The notes: generated by a model from the sequence alone, not told the origin. 64,000 nucleotides of DNA from Octopus sinensis (GCF_006345805.1 NC_043018.1:29078001-29142000), one strand, 5' to 3'; positions 12,951 through 25,471 are shown, counted from the stretch's first letter. Program-made: numbers and translations.

Positions 12951-13383
12951 GGGCTACAAACTACAATAGCATCCACCCTTAGGGGTTAGCCATATTCAAA
13001 TGGCAAATATGCGTCACGATGTGTTACCGCTACTCTTTATAACTCGCTCTGAGATTTACCATTGTTTGATTTCACTTTTTGGCCGACTGGAATTCCAAGG
13101 GGAGTCAATCGACACTGGAAAAAAGTATATGTATTTGTGAGGGAAACTGAATTCTCGTCGACAACTATGATTGTCACACGCCGATGATAAGTAAATACCT
13201 TGAAACTCGAGTCCGTATGTATCATAAGTTGAAGACGGGAAGGATGACTTCCCTTCACAAATACTGATAGGGGACAGAAAGTGTGTCTATAGCCAGCTGG
13301 AGGAGGTATCTTCCTGGGGCTACAAACTACAGTAGCATCCACCCTAAGGGGTTAGTCATATTTAAATGGCAAATATGCGTCAC
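12949..13383 (+). mobile_element. ORF-less HHR-bearing element with 69-bp terminal direct repeats (unit 366 bp), flanked by (TA)n
   Basis: 12949-13017 matches 13315-13383 with 4 mismatches. There is an internal HHR-like motif at 13175-13219. Confidence 0.6.
13175..13219 (+). ncRNA. Hammerhead-like motif with U4C core change (probably decayed)
   Basis: CACACG-CCGAUGA-U-AAG[UAAAUAC]CUU-GAAA-C[UCGA]G-UC^CGUAUG. Stem I pairs at 5 of 6 positions, stem III is the palindrome ACUCGAGU and the triplet is GUC. Confidence 0.55.
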
Positions 13384-13558
13384 TATATATATATATATAT
13401 ATATATAAATGGGTCTGTATGGTTGTGTATAGAGAGATATATATTATTCAAAGAAATACCAACTCTGCCTGTTTTTCAATATATATTTATGTTCTTTATA
13501 ATATTAATGTAGAATATTTCTATATCTATGAAAGAGAAACATTTAGTAAGAGTACTTT

Positions 13559-13805
13559 AGAGTAAAGATTATTTGCCAACATACTGTGGCAATCCTGATT
13601 GGGACGAATGTTACTGTTATTTAGCCTCAGGTAACATCGTCTCCAGCTGGCTATCGACGCACTATCTTCGTTCGAATATGTTCGAAAATATAAAGAAGCA
13701 GATGGTGCATCGGTAGCCAGCTGGAGAAATGTTTCCTAGAGCTAAATAACAGCAACATTCGTCCTAGTCAAGACTGCAACATTCTTGGCAAATAATCTTT
13801 ACTCT
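13559..13805. repeat. Imperfect foldback, MITE-like
   Basis: agagtaaagattatttgccaa pairs with ttggcaaataatctttactct, and ctccagctggcta pairs with tagccagctggag. A family fragment also occurs at ~28250-28305. Confidence 0.75.
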
Positions 13806-13821
13806 CTCCCCTCTATCTTTA

Positions 13822-13881
<60 letters not shown>

Positions 13882-15097
13882 CACTAATGTAACACCTTAA
13901 ACTTACAAATAAATTAATTTTAATATTGGGTAGGACTGCCTTTAGCAGTAATTACAGCTTGAATTCTACAAGAGATGGACTCGTACCAAGTTTGAATTGT
14001 TTCCAAAGGAATTTTTGTCCATTCTTCAGCTAAAACAATCACCAGTTCTTGTATTGATGATGGTGGAAGATATCGACTCCTTACTTGTTTTTCTAAAATG
14101 CATATTGAGATCTGGGGATTGTGGTGGCCAGATAAGATATTATACTTCACTAGAATGTTCCTCATGCCATTCAGTAACAACTTTAGCTGAAAGATTGCAA
14201 TTACCTCCAGAAACAGTTCCGCAACCTTAGGATGAATTTGACAAGATAAAATGCTGAAATAGTCTTGGCTATTAATTCTGCTATGAAAGGAAACCATTGG
14301 GATGGCGGATTTCCACGATATAGCCCACTCCAGATCATCACAGATCTTATTCGATGTTTACCAGTTGGAAGAAGGCAGTCTGGGTAAAATGCTTCATTTG
14401 GCTGTCTCCGCACGTAAACTCGGACGGTGGTCGGAAATAATGTAATGAAGACTCGTCCAAGAAAATAACATTCTTCCACTGCACTAGGGACCAATTCTGT
14501 TGGTTTTTACTCCACTCTAAACGCTTTGCAAGGTTTGCTTTTGAAAGTAATATTTTTCTGATTGCAGCCCTCCCGGGAAATCCGGCTTTGGGCAGCTCTC
14601 GGCGAACAGTTTTTGTAGAAACTGGGTTCTAGAGGTGATCATTAAGCTCTGCAGTAATTTGAGAGCTGTACCTTTGTGATCCTTTCTAACAATTCGCATA
14701 AGAATCCGACTGTCCCTATCTGAAAGTTTTAGTTTTCTTCCGGAGTTTCCTTTCGACGAAGAGGTTTTTCTCACTTTCTCAAAGGCTGTCATTACTTTCG
14801 AGACAGTACTTCTTGATACACCAAACATTTCGGCTGTTTTCGTTACGCTAGCGCCTGTCATACGAGCATCAACAATTTGACCTCTTTGAAAGTTCGCTAG
14901 ATCTGTCATTTTAATGAACTTTAATTACCTTTTGCTGGTGATATTTGGAAAAACTGCAATTTTAGAAAAACATATTAAGCAACACTAACAATAAATAAAA
15001 AAAAACATAAAAATAAAGAAGTTTTTGACAGTTTTATAGATATTTAAAAATTATGATGCTATGATGCTAGGTGTTCCCATTATTTTGCCCACCACTG
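13882..15097 (-). mobile_element. Tc1-like DNA transposon with frameshifted transposase (13920-14909)
   Basis: The HTH region reads MTDLANFQRGQIVDARMTGASVTKTAEMFGVSRSTVSKV...SGRK, the DDE region includes VMIWSG, and the C-terminus reads RIQAVITAKGSPTQY*. The TIR-like end CAGTGGTGGGCAAAATAATGGGAACACC (minus) ends at 15097 followed by TA. The left TIR is eroded into (TA)n. Confidence 0.88.
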
Positions 15098-15140
15098 TAT
15101 ATGCATGTAATATATATATAGATATATATATATATTATAT

Positions 15141-15180
<40 letters not shown>

Positions 15181-15999
15181 GTGTTGTGTGTGTGTGTGGT
15201 GTGTGTTGTGTGTGTGTATAATGGTTGAATCAAAACAAATTGCACGATAAATAATAATTGTTTCGTACTCTCTGAATTCCTGTATATCTAAAGGCAAATT
15301 ATCAAACTACAAGGAGTTTCATAGAAAAAATACCCCGTTTACTTACACACACACACACGTGCGAGCGCGGGGTGTGTGCGTGCGCTTTGATATGTGTGTA
15401 TGTAAACATTTTACACATACACCTATACAAAATAACGTGTGCTTTACACCGCGTTTCCGCTCTCACTCTCGTTTTAACTCTGCATGTATGTATGTGTGTA
15501 TGTATGTAAGTATGTATGTATGCATGTATCTATCTAACTATCTATTTTTTGCGTGTGTATGGGTGGTTGTAAGTGCATATACATTCATAAATGCGTTCAC
15601 TCATTCATAGAAACATACATATATGCATGCATGAATACATATTTTACACACGTACATTTATATACAAGTATACATAACCATTTTGATTACTGGAATGAAA
15701 CTTCACAAGTTATACCCAAAATAATTCTTTCCTACGTAGATTCAGATTTAATTGGAAGGTGTACTTGTCAGAGTGTGGAAAGTAGTAGGGAATAACGGCT
15801 ATACATACATAGTGCATATATCCATGCATACATAAATACATATATGCATATATGCATATATACATACATGCGTGCTTACATAGACAGATACGTACATGGA
15901 CACATACAATGCTATGCATTTACGTATGTTTGTATGCAGGTACAAATAACGAATACATATGTATAAATATATATATATTATATATAATATATATATATT

Positions 16000-16042
<43 letters not shown>

Positions 16043-16175
16043 TATATAATCTATTATATTTACGTATATATGTATATATATATATTTATTTATTTATATT
16101 TATGTATATATATATATATATATTTATAAATATATATTATGTATATATGTAATATATATATATATTATATATATA

Positions 16176-16215
<40 letters not shown>

Positions 16216-16239
16216 CATATGCGTGTATGTATGCATAAA

Positions 16240-16592
16240 TGTATCCATGGTACGATTGTTGGATGGATACATGTCTACAAAATTACTTAACAAGAAAATA
16301 GTAATTCTCTCTCACAGGCTGGTACCACCTAATTAAATATGTTTGAATTCCTTGAAATATTTCTACATTTTCTTCAGACTATTTGCTTCATGTGTGCAAA
16401 TTGAAGAAATCTTCACATCTCTTATTGAAAATATACTCTTTGTATTTTTTCCAGATGTTTCCATTGGAATTCTAAAAGTATATTGCATTTGCTTACATGC
16501 CAAATCACTTCTGAGAATGATCTCACTCTTAAAGAAACGAATGTGTTATAGAATTTTACTCGTAAATGATTACAACATCGCTTACTCACTCA

Positions 16593-16625
<33 letters not shown>

Positions 16626-16780
16626 CAGAAACAAATATATATATATGTATATGCCCGTGCGTCTGAGTATTATATAAATATATATGAATATATAGGTATA
16701 TGTATGAATGTGGGGGGGTGTATCTGCATTTATATATATAATAATACTATAATAATTGAAGTGTAGATGTCAAATCATAT
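16240..16780 (+). repeat. Diverged direct duplication of 22332-23140
   Basis: tgtatccatggt..aagaaaatagtaattctctctcacagg..gccaaatcacttctg is shared. The second copy is interrupted by the RTE fragment. Confidence 0.8.
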
Positions 16781-16834
16781 ATATAATATATATATATATA
16801 TATTATATATATATTATATATATATTATATATAC

Positions 16835-17681
16835 CTAGCAGAATTGCCCGGCGTTGCTCGGGGATGAATTGCTTGAAAGTACTGTTAATGATTGCACTGA
16901 ATTATGATGATTATTCAGGCAAATATTGATATAAGTTTACGCTGGGAGATAAGGACTTAACGATCAAACGCGTGCCATTGCATTGTTTTGGGGGAACCAA
17001 ATTTCTGATGAGCATTATAGGGGCACCGACTTTAAGTTTGAGAATGTGTGGTGTTAGTCCGGGGTGCTCAAAGGAATTGAGTACCTCTATTGGATAGTTG
17101 ATGACGTCCTGTGGGTCAGGAGTTGTATTGATAGACTGATATACATGGACTTCCCCAGGAATGAGTTTTAGCATTTCATCATCAATATGGTGAACAGTTT
17201 TATTCCTCGGGGCCAGTATAGCCTTTTGGCCAATCCAATCCATATTCTGATAATTAGCTTGTAGATCTTGGAACACTGCATCTCTGAGATCAGGAGGCGT
17301 CTTAACAATGGTACAAATGGAATCGATGGCAATATTACCATTTTCATCCCCTGGTATTTTGCCTTCGCCAAGTGCAAGGAGGGTGTAAAGAAATGCTGCT
17401 GATGTGATATTATGTCGCATATGAGCACGCATATTGGTGTGAAGTTTGAGAGTTACTTCCCTTTATTTAAAAAAATATGCATTAAAATGGGAGAAAATGA
17501 TGGTAAATTATTTGTAAAATCGTAGACTCATCGTAGACGCGCGCTAATACCCAGAAGGGCTCGATATGAATCACGATTATAAGATACTCGGTTTTGGTTA
17601 AACCGCATCGCAAAATGTGGGAGTAGTTAGGAATCTAAATCGGAGTAGACTGACACACAACCTTTCTTTTATATATAAAGA
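16835..17681 (-). mobile_element. Internally deleted Helitron carrying a Pif1-like helicase fragment (16911-17432)
   Basis: The minus-strand 5' end is A|TCTTTATATATAAAAG. The 3' end has hairpin CCCGAGCAACGCCGGG followed ~8 nt later by CTAG. The ORF contains AILAPRN, LKLKVGAPIMLIRNL and CNGTRLIV, which are Helitron Pif1 motifs. Confidence 0.88.
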
Positions 17682-18057
17682 TTTTCGTCCGTCCTAAAAA
17701 ACTTTGTGCGGAGTGAACGGTTACCTCTATGGAAATATATACACACACATTATACATACATGTGTGTATAGATGAATATATAAATACATTTAAATATCTA
17801 TATACACTTTTGGGCGATCTTTCTGCTACTTGGATATACATTAGATCTTATATTCGTCCAATTCGTCCTAAATAACTTTGTATGGAGTGAATGGTTACCT
17901 CTATGGAAATATATACACACACATTATACATACATGTGTGTGTCTATATACACTTTTGGGCGACTGCTACTTAGAGATAAGTTTAGATGTTATTTTCGTC
18001 CTAAAAAAACTTTGTGCGGAGAGAATGGTTACCTCTATGGAAATATATACACACACA
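17682..18057. repeat. ~134-bp satellite, left part
   Basis: The unit contains cgtcctaaaaaaactttgtgcggagtgaatggttacctctatggaaatatatacacacac and continues after the LINE. Confidence 0.85.
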
Positions 18058-19869
18058 TTGATTGATTGATTGATTCTAGTTTCAGCTTATGAGCTGTGGC
18101 CATGCTGGGGCACCGCCATTTGGTGTTGCTACTTGGTTTCATTTCATGGGGGCTTCCTAGCAACTGCTATTTGGTGCATGAGAGAGTTCGATGCAGCTGC
18201 CCTCATCTGCCCCTCCTGCCGTGAAGTTGGTTCATCTGGGACACCTGACATGAAGAGATCCAGCTTCATTTTAAAGACATCTGTATCCACCCCATGCAGG
18301 TCTCTCAGGTTCTTCGGGAGGATATTGAAGAGCTGTGGGCCTCGGAAACCCAGGCTGTCACAGAATCTTGTCCTACATCTTGATGGCAGGTTTGGAGTCC
18401 TAGGCACCACGCAGTGGCGCCCAGTTCTGGCATTTGCGTAACTCTCGATGCCAAAGTTCAGGACACTTCCCTCCAGGATCTTCCAGATGTATATTATGGC
18501 ATATCTTTCCGGCCTACACTCCAGGGAATATAATTTTAATCTCTTGAGTCTTTCCCAGTAGCTTACATTCTGCATAGAGGCTATCTTCTTCGTGTAGCTT
18601 CGTTGGATCGCCTCAAGTTCTGTGATCAACTTGACACTGGATGGTGACCATAGCTGAGAGCAATAGTCAAAGTGGCTTAGGACAGTGTCTTCCAGAGGAC
18701 CATCATGGTTTCTTGTTCTCTCTGTTTCTAAAGGTTCTAAGAATCCATCCAGCCAGCCGTCTACATTTCATTGTCAGTTTTAGCAACATGTACATGAAAT
18801 ATCGCGTCATCACTCATGTGAATACCCAGGTCACGCACTGATTGTGCCTCTGGGATTGCAATCCCTCCGGGTCCAGTGTATTCATTGGGTATTGCATTCA
18901 GTTTTGCATGCTGATAGTATAAAGCTTGAAACTTTCCAGCATTGAACTGCATGCTATTCTTTTCAGCCCACTTGTATTTTTCGTCAGCTCACATTGCAGG
19001 TGTTTAGTGTCCTCAGGGTTCTGTATTGCCTGTGAAACTTTTGTATCATCTGCATAACTTGTGATCGTGGCTCTCTGCGTGGCTGAGGGCATGTCTGAGA
19101 GGGCCATTATGAACAGTAGTGGTCCCAGAACAGTGCCCTGCGGAACACCGCTCACTATTTGTGTGTTAATGGAGGTGGCCCCATTGGCTACTACCACCTG
19201 ACTTCTATCCTTCAGAAAGTCATGAAGCCATTCTCCCAGTTTTCCAACTATGTTGAGATCACGCAGTTTGTGACATATCATTCCATGATCGACTTTATCA
19301 AAAGCCTTTGCAAAGTCGAGATATATCACTTCCACATTTGAGTGGTTGAGCAGCCGTTTCAGCACCCAGTCATAGTGTTGTAGGAGCTGAGTTAAACAGC
19401 TTCTCCCTGGTCGGAAACCATGTTGGGTGTTGGGCAGAAAGTCATTCTCTTCAAGGAAGGTGATCAGCTTCCTTCTGACTATTCGTTCCATGACCTTGCT
19501 GAGTGTGAGGTCAGAGAGATAGGTCTATAGTTCTTGGCTTCCGCTCTCTACCTCCTTATGAATGGGGCATATTTTACCTTCCTTCAGTTTTCCTGGAAGT
19601 TTGCCAGCTGCAAGGAAGCTCTGAAAGAGAAACTGCAGTGGTCTTGCTAGGACTCTCTTACATGCTTTTAGGAGGATTGCCGGGAATCCATCGGGGCCAG
19701 TAGCTGAGTCTGTTTTCATTTCATCTATAGCCTTGGTTACATCGTCTTCCTTTATATCGATGTAATCTATCGTCGCCGCCTCTGATTTTATATCTGCAGT
19801 GGTAAAAAAGTCAGTTGGATTGGTGATTTGGAGATGCCCAAGGGGTGGAGTGAAAACACTCTTGAATTG
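18058..19869 (-). mobile_element. 5'-truncated CR1-type LINE, RT region of ORF2 frameshifted, (AATC)n 3' tail
   Basis: Motifs ATGPDGFPA, QHGFRPGRSC, YLDFAKAFDKVDH, SGVPQGTVLGPLLF, SYADDTK and MQFNAGKF are present. The C-terminal part reads LEAIQRSYTKKI...YWERLKRLKLYSL. The GATT-repeat tail is at 18058-18075. Confidence 0.92.
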
Positions 19870-20465
19870 TACATGTGTGTATAGATGAATATATAAATAC
19901 ATTTAAATATCTATATACACTTTTGGGCGATCTTTCTGCTACTTGGATATACTTTAGATCTTATATTCGTCCAATTCGTCCTAAATAACTTTGTATGGAG
20001 TGAATGGTTACCTCTATGGAAATATATACACACACATGTATGTATATATACACTTTTGGGCGACTGCTACTTAGAGATGAGTTTAGATGTTATTTTCGTC
20101 CTAAAAAAACTTTGTGCGGAGTGAATGGTTACCTCTATGGAAATATATACACACACATTATACATACATGTGTGTGTCTATATACACTTTTGGGCGACTG
20201 CTACTTAGAGATAACTTTAGAAGTTATTTTCGTCCTAAAAAAACTTTGTGCGGAGTGAATGGTTACCTCTATGGAAATATATACACACACATTATACATA
20301 CATGTGTGTGTCTATATACAATTTTGGGCGACTGCTACTTAGAGATAACTTTAGATGTTATTTTCGTCCTGAAAAAACTTTGTGCGGAGTGAATGGTTAC
20401 CTCTATGGAAATATATACACACACATTATACATACATCTGTGTATAGATGAATATATAAATACAT
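19870..20465. repeat. ~134-bp satellite, right part (4-5 units)
   Basis: Same unit as 17682-18057, with period ~134 (for example ggagtgaatgg at 20118, 20252, 20386). Confidence 0.88.
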
Positions 20466-20559
20466 TAAAAAAAATTTCCTGTCACACACGCACACACACA
20501 CACACACGCACCCTCACACACACACTCACACACACACGCACACACACACACACACACGT

Positions 20560-21208
20560 TAGCTTACAATTTTATTTATATATTTGCGTGTCTATGTGTG
20601 TAAAGAGGAAGTGGGAATGCAGAGTGAAAGAGAGAATCCCATCAAACACACACACACACACACTCACGCACGCACACATGTACATCAATGCTTTCGGAGT
20701 GAAATGTTGAAATATTGAGTTTTCTCGAATTTTGTCTTAATTGGGCGTAAAATTGAAAGAAATTTTGTACGGCATGACCCAATAGAAGTACTTTGAAAAA
20801 TCATGGGTAAACTCTAATTGAAGAAATTGTATTTGGAGTAAATCGTTATGTATTTACTTGTTTCTGTTTGCTGCTTTTTTTAGTAGTGTTGTAAGGTAAA
20901 CGTGCAAAGAGAAAGGAGTAAAAATTAGAGTGATAGCGTGAGTGAAGCAGATCGTTCCGTTTTTGTGTGTGTGTGTGTGCGTGTGCTCTAGCCCACACTA
21001 AGAAAAGCACTTGACTTACATACCACAATGTGAGTTTTCTCTAAATTTTGCTTAATTGGGGTTGAAATTTTAAAAACTGGACCTGGCACGACCCGATGCA
21101 TTCTACTCTTAAAAATGCTAGGTAAATTGTAATTGAAGAAATCCTATATTGTAGATTTCTATAAGAGACAAAGGGAGGCAGATAAAATCTGCCTTTTATA
21201 ATAAGAGA
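20560..21208 (-). mobile_element. Probable non-autonomous Helitron/Helentron-type element 5' part with an internal ~150-bp diverged duplication
   Basis: The minus 5' end is A|TCTCTTATTATAAAA next to hairpin GGCAGATTTTATCTGCC. The gagttttctc..ttaattggg..gcatgaccc..aattgaagaaat block occurs twice (~20718 and ~21032). No clear 3' end was found. Confidence 0.4.
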
Positions 21209-21224
21209 TACATATATATATAAT

Positions 21225-22130
21225 CCGGTACCTTCTCTCTACTCGACTTCCAACTCATGATCACAAAGGAAGACTCCATATGCACCAAATTCTAAAGAAA
21301 TGCCGCTAATAGAAAACTTTTCGTCCTCTACCAGTCAGCTTTACCCATTAGAGCATACGTGAGAAATGTGGTTGCAGTATAAACAAAAATTGCAGCAACG
21401 TGACCAACAAAGCCATCAACAACAAACAGTTCCTCAAAGACCAAACCTTGAATGGCTAGTCACCATCTTTAGCTAAACAACGTCACCTGAAGAACATCAA
21501 GGTCAATAAACTCCGGAGGAACCACCACACTCCCAAGTCCGTCACGTGCTTCCTAAAGCTACCACACTCTGACGATGGAACTACTGCAGCCATACAACAG
21601 GTAGCCCGTAGGGAAGGACTCGACATACAGATAGTACACACCGGCCCTTCCCCGAGAAAAGCTCTGTCCAATAACAACACGTACTACTACTCCGAGGAGA
21701 CCACATTGTCGAACTGCCACATAAATGAATTGTGCCAGAGGACCTACGTTGTATATGAGATCATCCGTGGCAAATGTGTCGCATTCTACATAGGAAGCAC
21801 AACAAGAAAACTGCATATACGGATTAAGGAACGCATGCAGGTAGTCACCTCCGTGAAGAAACATCTAGGGAAATGCCCAGACCTGGAATTTACAGTGCAC
21901 ATCAAGGCAACACAGCAGAACAGGGAGACCTTAGAATCTCTGAGGCCATTATCATATACCCAAAGAAACATAAGTTCAACAATAGAAGAGAGTTACAGGA
22001 AGGTAGCTGGTTGCTATAACAACAACTTTCAGCGCATGTCCACTCCACACACGCTCACACACAAGCACATCGTTAAAATTCGTCAATTTCTTGAAAATTG
22101 GGTCATAACCCTAGAATATTGAATGCAAGG
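21225..22130 (+). pseudogene. 3' fragment of a second PLE (thumb + GIY-YIG endonuclease)
   Basis: CHINELCQRTYVVYEIIRGKCVAFYIGSTTRKLHIRIKERM...VKKHL matches the Penelope/Poseidon-type GIY-YIG pattern. Confidence 0.75.
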
Positions 22131-22237
22131 TAAATTGTACATTAATTCACATATTTGTTTTCTTATGATTTACCCTGCATTTATTTCGCATTGTTTTGGC
22201 CTTACTCACGATCCTTTATTCAATTATATATATATAT

Positions 22238-22288
<51 letters not shown>

Positions 22289-22888
22289 CTGTGTGTGTGT
22301 GTGTGTTTGTATGTATGTATGTGTGCACATATGTATCCATGGTGCGATTGTTGGATGGATGCATGTGTACAAAATTGCTTAACAAGAAAATAGTAATTCT
22401 CTCTCACAGGCAGGTATCCCCTAATTGAATGTGTTTGAATTCCTTGAAATATTTCTATATTTTCTTCAGACTATTTGCTTTATGTGTGCAAATTGAAGAA
22501 ATATTCACATCTCTTATTGAAAATATACTCTTTATATTTTTTCCATATGTTTCCATTGAAATTCTAAAAGTATATTGCATTTGCTTACATGCCAAATCAC
22601 TTCTGGGAATGATCTCACTCTTAAAGAGACAAATGCGTTTACTCGTAAATTGTTACAGCATCGCTTTCACTCTCAACTTCTCTCTTTCTCTCTCTCTATA
22701 TATATTTATCCATTTACAGATACAAATGTATATAAATGTATAAACCTATGTGTATATCACTGAGCTTGTATATGCGCATGTGCCTGAGAATTATATAAGT
22801 ATATATGAATCTATAGATATATATATATGAATATGGGTCTACGTGTATGTATATGTATATATGTATATATATATATATATATAATATA

Positions 22889-22889
<1 letters not shown>

Positions 22890-22925
<36 letters not shown>

Positions 22926-23100
22926 TATAATAATAATAATATAATAATAATAATAATAATGTTCGTCCTTCGGGTTCGAAGATGACCATTGACATCATTT
23001 GGTGGAATTGCTGCTATGAGACCGGAGGTGGCTGGTGAGGCCAATCCGGGCAAGAAAGTCCCTCCCACAGGTGGGGCAGAAGTGGGTAGGGGTAGGTTGG
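22890..23100 (-). mobile_element. 3' fragment of an RTE-clade LINE with (ATT)n tail
   Basis: Minus strand reads PTHFCPTCGRDFLARIGLTSHLRSH...* (22995-23090), the C-terminal C2H2-like motif of RTE ORFs. A short 3' UTR and the ATT tail follow. Confidence 0.75.
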
Positions 23101-23114
23101 ATATATATATATAG

Positions 23115-23469
23115 AACAATTGAACGGCAGATGTCAAATCATTACGGCCGTTTCTGACGAACATTTTAACTGATCAATTAGTATATTATATCATTATAAA
23201 AGCAGTTTTCCTCCGAAAAACACAGGAACTCTACAATCAAGGACATTCTAAAGAAATCTGCGGCTGAACTTGTGGCAGAATCATTAAATATGTATGCTGT
23301 CGTGATTTACAAATTATCTTAAATTGTATTAAATATCCTTGATTGTAGAGTTCCTGTTTTCATCTCAAGAAAACGGTGTTTTTTTTATAATGATATAATG
23401 TAAACATTTATCAATTAAAAAATTCGTTTGAAACGGTCGTAATGACTTGACACCTGTCCTTCAATTGTT
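23115..23469. repeat. Imperfect foldback, MITE-like
   Basis: aggaactctacaatcaagga pairs with tccttgattgtagagttcct, and tgtcaaatcattacggccgttt pairs with aaacggtcgtaatgacttgaca. Confidence 0.75.
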
Positions 23470-23760
23470 ACTTATTTATTTTTAATTCACATATCTCAGA
23501 ACATGACCCTCGCGTGTTCTGAAGTATATTATGGATTGCATATTTAATAAAGTGCACATGCCGGAATAGTTCAAAAGCAGATTAGATACTCAGCTGGGTC
23601 AAATTGACAGCATACCTCTCTCGAATATCATTCCGCCTTTATTTCTTTACCAAGTTTGGTATTCATCTAAATATTGTTGTCTGTGCATTTTATTCCAACC
23701 TAAATAAATGCCTCAAATTTAAGTACCTTATTCAACTGCATGTTCTTTATATAAATATAT

Positions 23761-23809
<49 letters not shown>

Positions 23810-23970
23810 TATATATAATATATATATATTAATATTAATATAAATATTAGTTATTCCGAGCCCACAGAGGAGAGAATTTCAATTTAGTGGTACTAAAATG
23901 AATTACTCACTGTATTATATACATATATACAGATAGGTTTTCCAATCATATATACAGATAGCAATTCCAA

Positions 23971-24176
23971 TCATCATTGAATGACATTATCCACAATAGG
24001 TTCATATAGGACTAAATATTAAAGTTATCAAAATTAATACCTACAATTCTTATTCCAAATTATCAAAATTAATACCTTCAATTCTTATTTGGATTAAGAA
24101 TTGTAGGTATTAATTTTGATAATTTTAATATTTAGTCCTATATGAACCTATTGTGGATAATGTCATTCAATGATGA
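23971..24176. repeat. Near-perfect palindrome, ~82-bp arms
   Basis: tcatcattgaatgacattatccacaataggttcatataggactaaatattaa.. and its reverse complement. The spacer holds a 30-bp duplicate of the arm end. Confidence 0.9.
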
Positions 24177-24209
24177 CTGAGTTGCTTGAGGGTGATTCTG
24201 TCTCTTAAA

Positions 24210-24243
<34 letters not shown>

Positions 24244-24386
24244 ACTTGGACAAAATTTCTTCTCAAGAAAAAATATATATTCAAATAAGTAAAACATAAT
24301 ATCATGAATAGCGATATCGAAACCGGTCGAAATATCAAAAATTATATTAAAGCTATGTAAGTGTGCGTATTTTTCTTTTTTAATTT

Positions 24387-24428
<42 letters not shown>

Positions 24429-24654
24429 AACATATTTACATATTTTCATTAAGTTTATTTTTCTGTTACATATTTTTATGTTTTTATATATTTGTGTGCA
24501 CGCATGACTATGCGCGTGTCTGTTGCAATCTTATTGAAATTCCATGATAATACGCTTAAAAAAGCATTTAACAATTACACGATAACAAATGAAGTAGCGT
24601 CATATATACAGTAGTACATACATACATGAATGTATGTATTCTTTTATTCTATTA

Positions 24655-24937
24655 TTCTTTTATTTGACTGCTGCCATGCTGGAGCACCGTCTTTAGTCGA
24701 GCAAATCGACCCCAGCACTTATTATTTTCAAGCATAATACTTATTCTATCGACCTCTTTTGCCGAACCGCTAGTTACGGTGACGTAAACACGCCATCATC
24801 ATTTCTCAAGCGATCTTGGGGGGGGGGACAAACACAGACACACAAACACATACATGCACACACACAAACATACATACACGCACACACATATATATATATA
24901 TACGACGGGCTTCTTTCAGTTTCCTCCTACCAAATGA
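24655..24937 (-). mobile_element. SINE family A, 3' part
   Basis: Reverse complement of the tail and body. Other antisense remnants are at ~1030-1195, 32718-32835 and 53470-53660. Confidence 0.75.
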
Positions 24938-25471
24938 CTGAAACAATTGAATGATACAAGATTAGGTCTCCTGATGAAATATATACGTCTCAAAACGCGC
25001 CCCCTACAAATGATGGAGAAATGAAACATCAACACGATATTGCAGTTTGAGAAGACTTAAACATCCACTCTATGTTCCCGATGAAAATCAATACAGTTGA
25101 AGAAAACAGAAGAAAAAAAATGCCAGAACCGAAATGTATCATAAGGCATGTATATATTTATGTAAGGTAAGGCCATAAGGCAGTATGACTCTTTAGCCGA
25201 CGGACTGACATAAAGAATTAAGCAAACCAGATGCAAAAACGAAATAGAATAAGCTCTAGCCGAGCTAGCATGACGCTGAAGGATTGTGTTCTGCTTTATA
25301 AAAGTCAAGATAACTACCCGACAGCTCCACTTTGCTAAAACATGCATCTCCTCCAAGCAATTCACGGAATCTGTTAATTCGAGTGTCAAAAACAACACTA
25401 AACCACACGAAAGAGAGATTCGTGACACATACGCCACAAGAATACCAGCGAGTAAATCATGTCTTTAATAA

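Noticed and set aside
17682-20465. CRISPR-like regular repeats
   Set aside because: The units are contiguous ~134-bp tandem copies with no unique spacers, no cas genes and a eukaryotic context.
24965-25005. CTGATGA...CAAAACGCG resembling an HHR
   Set aside because: There is no GAAA, no UH triplet and no stem I.
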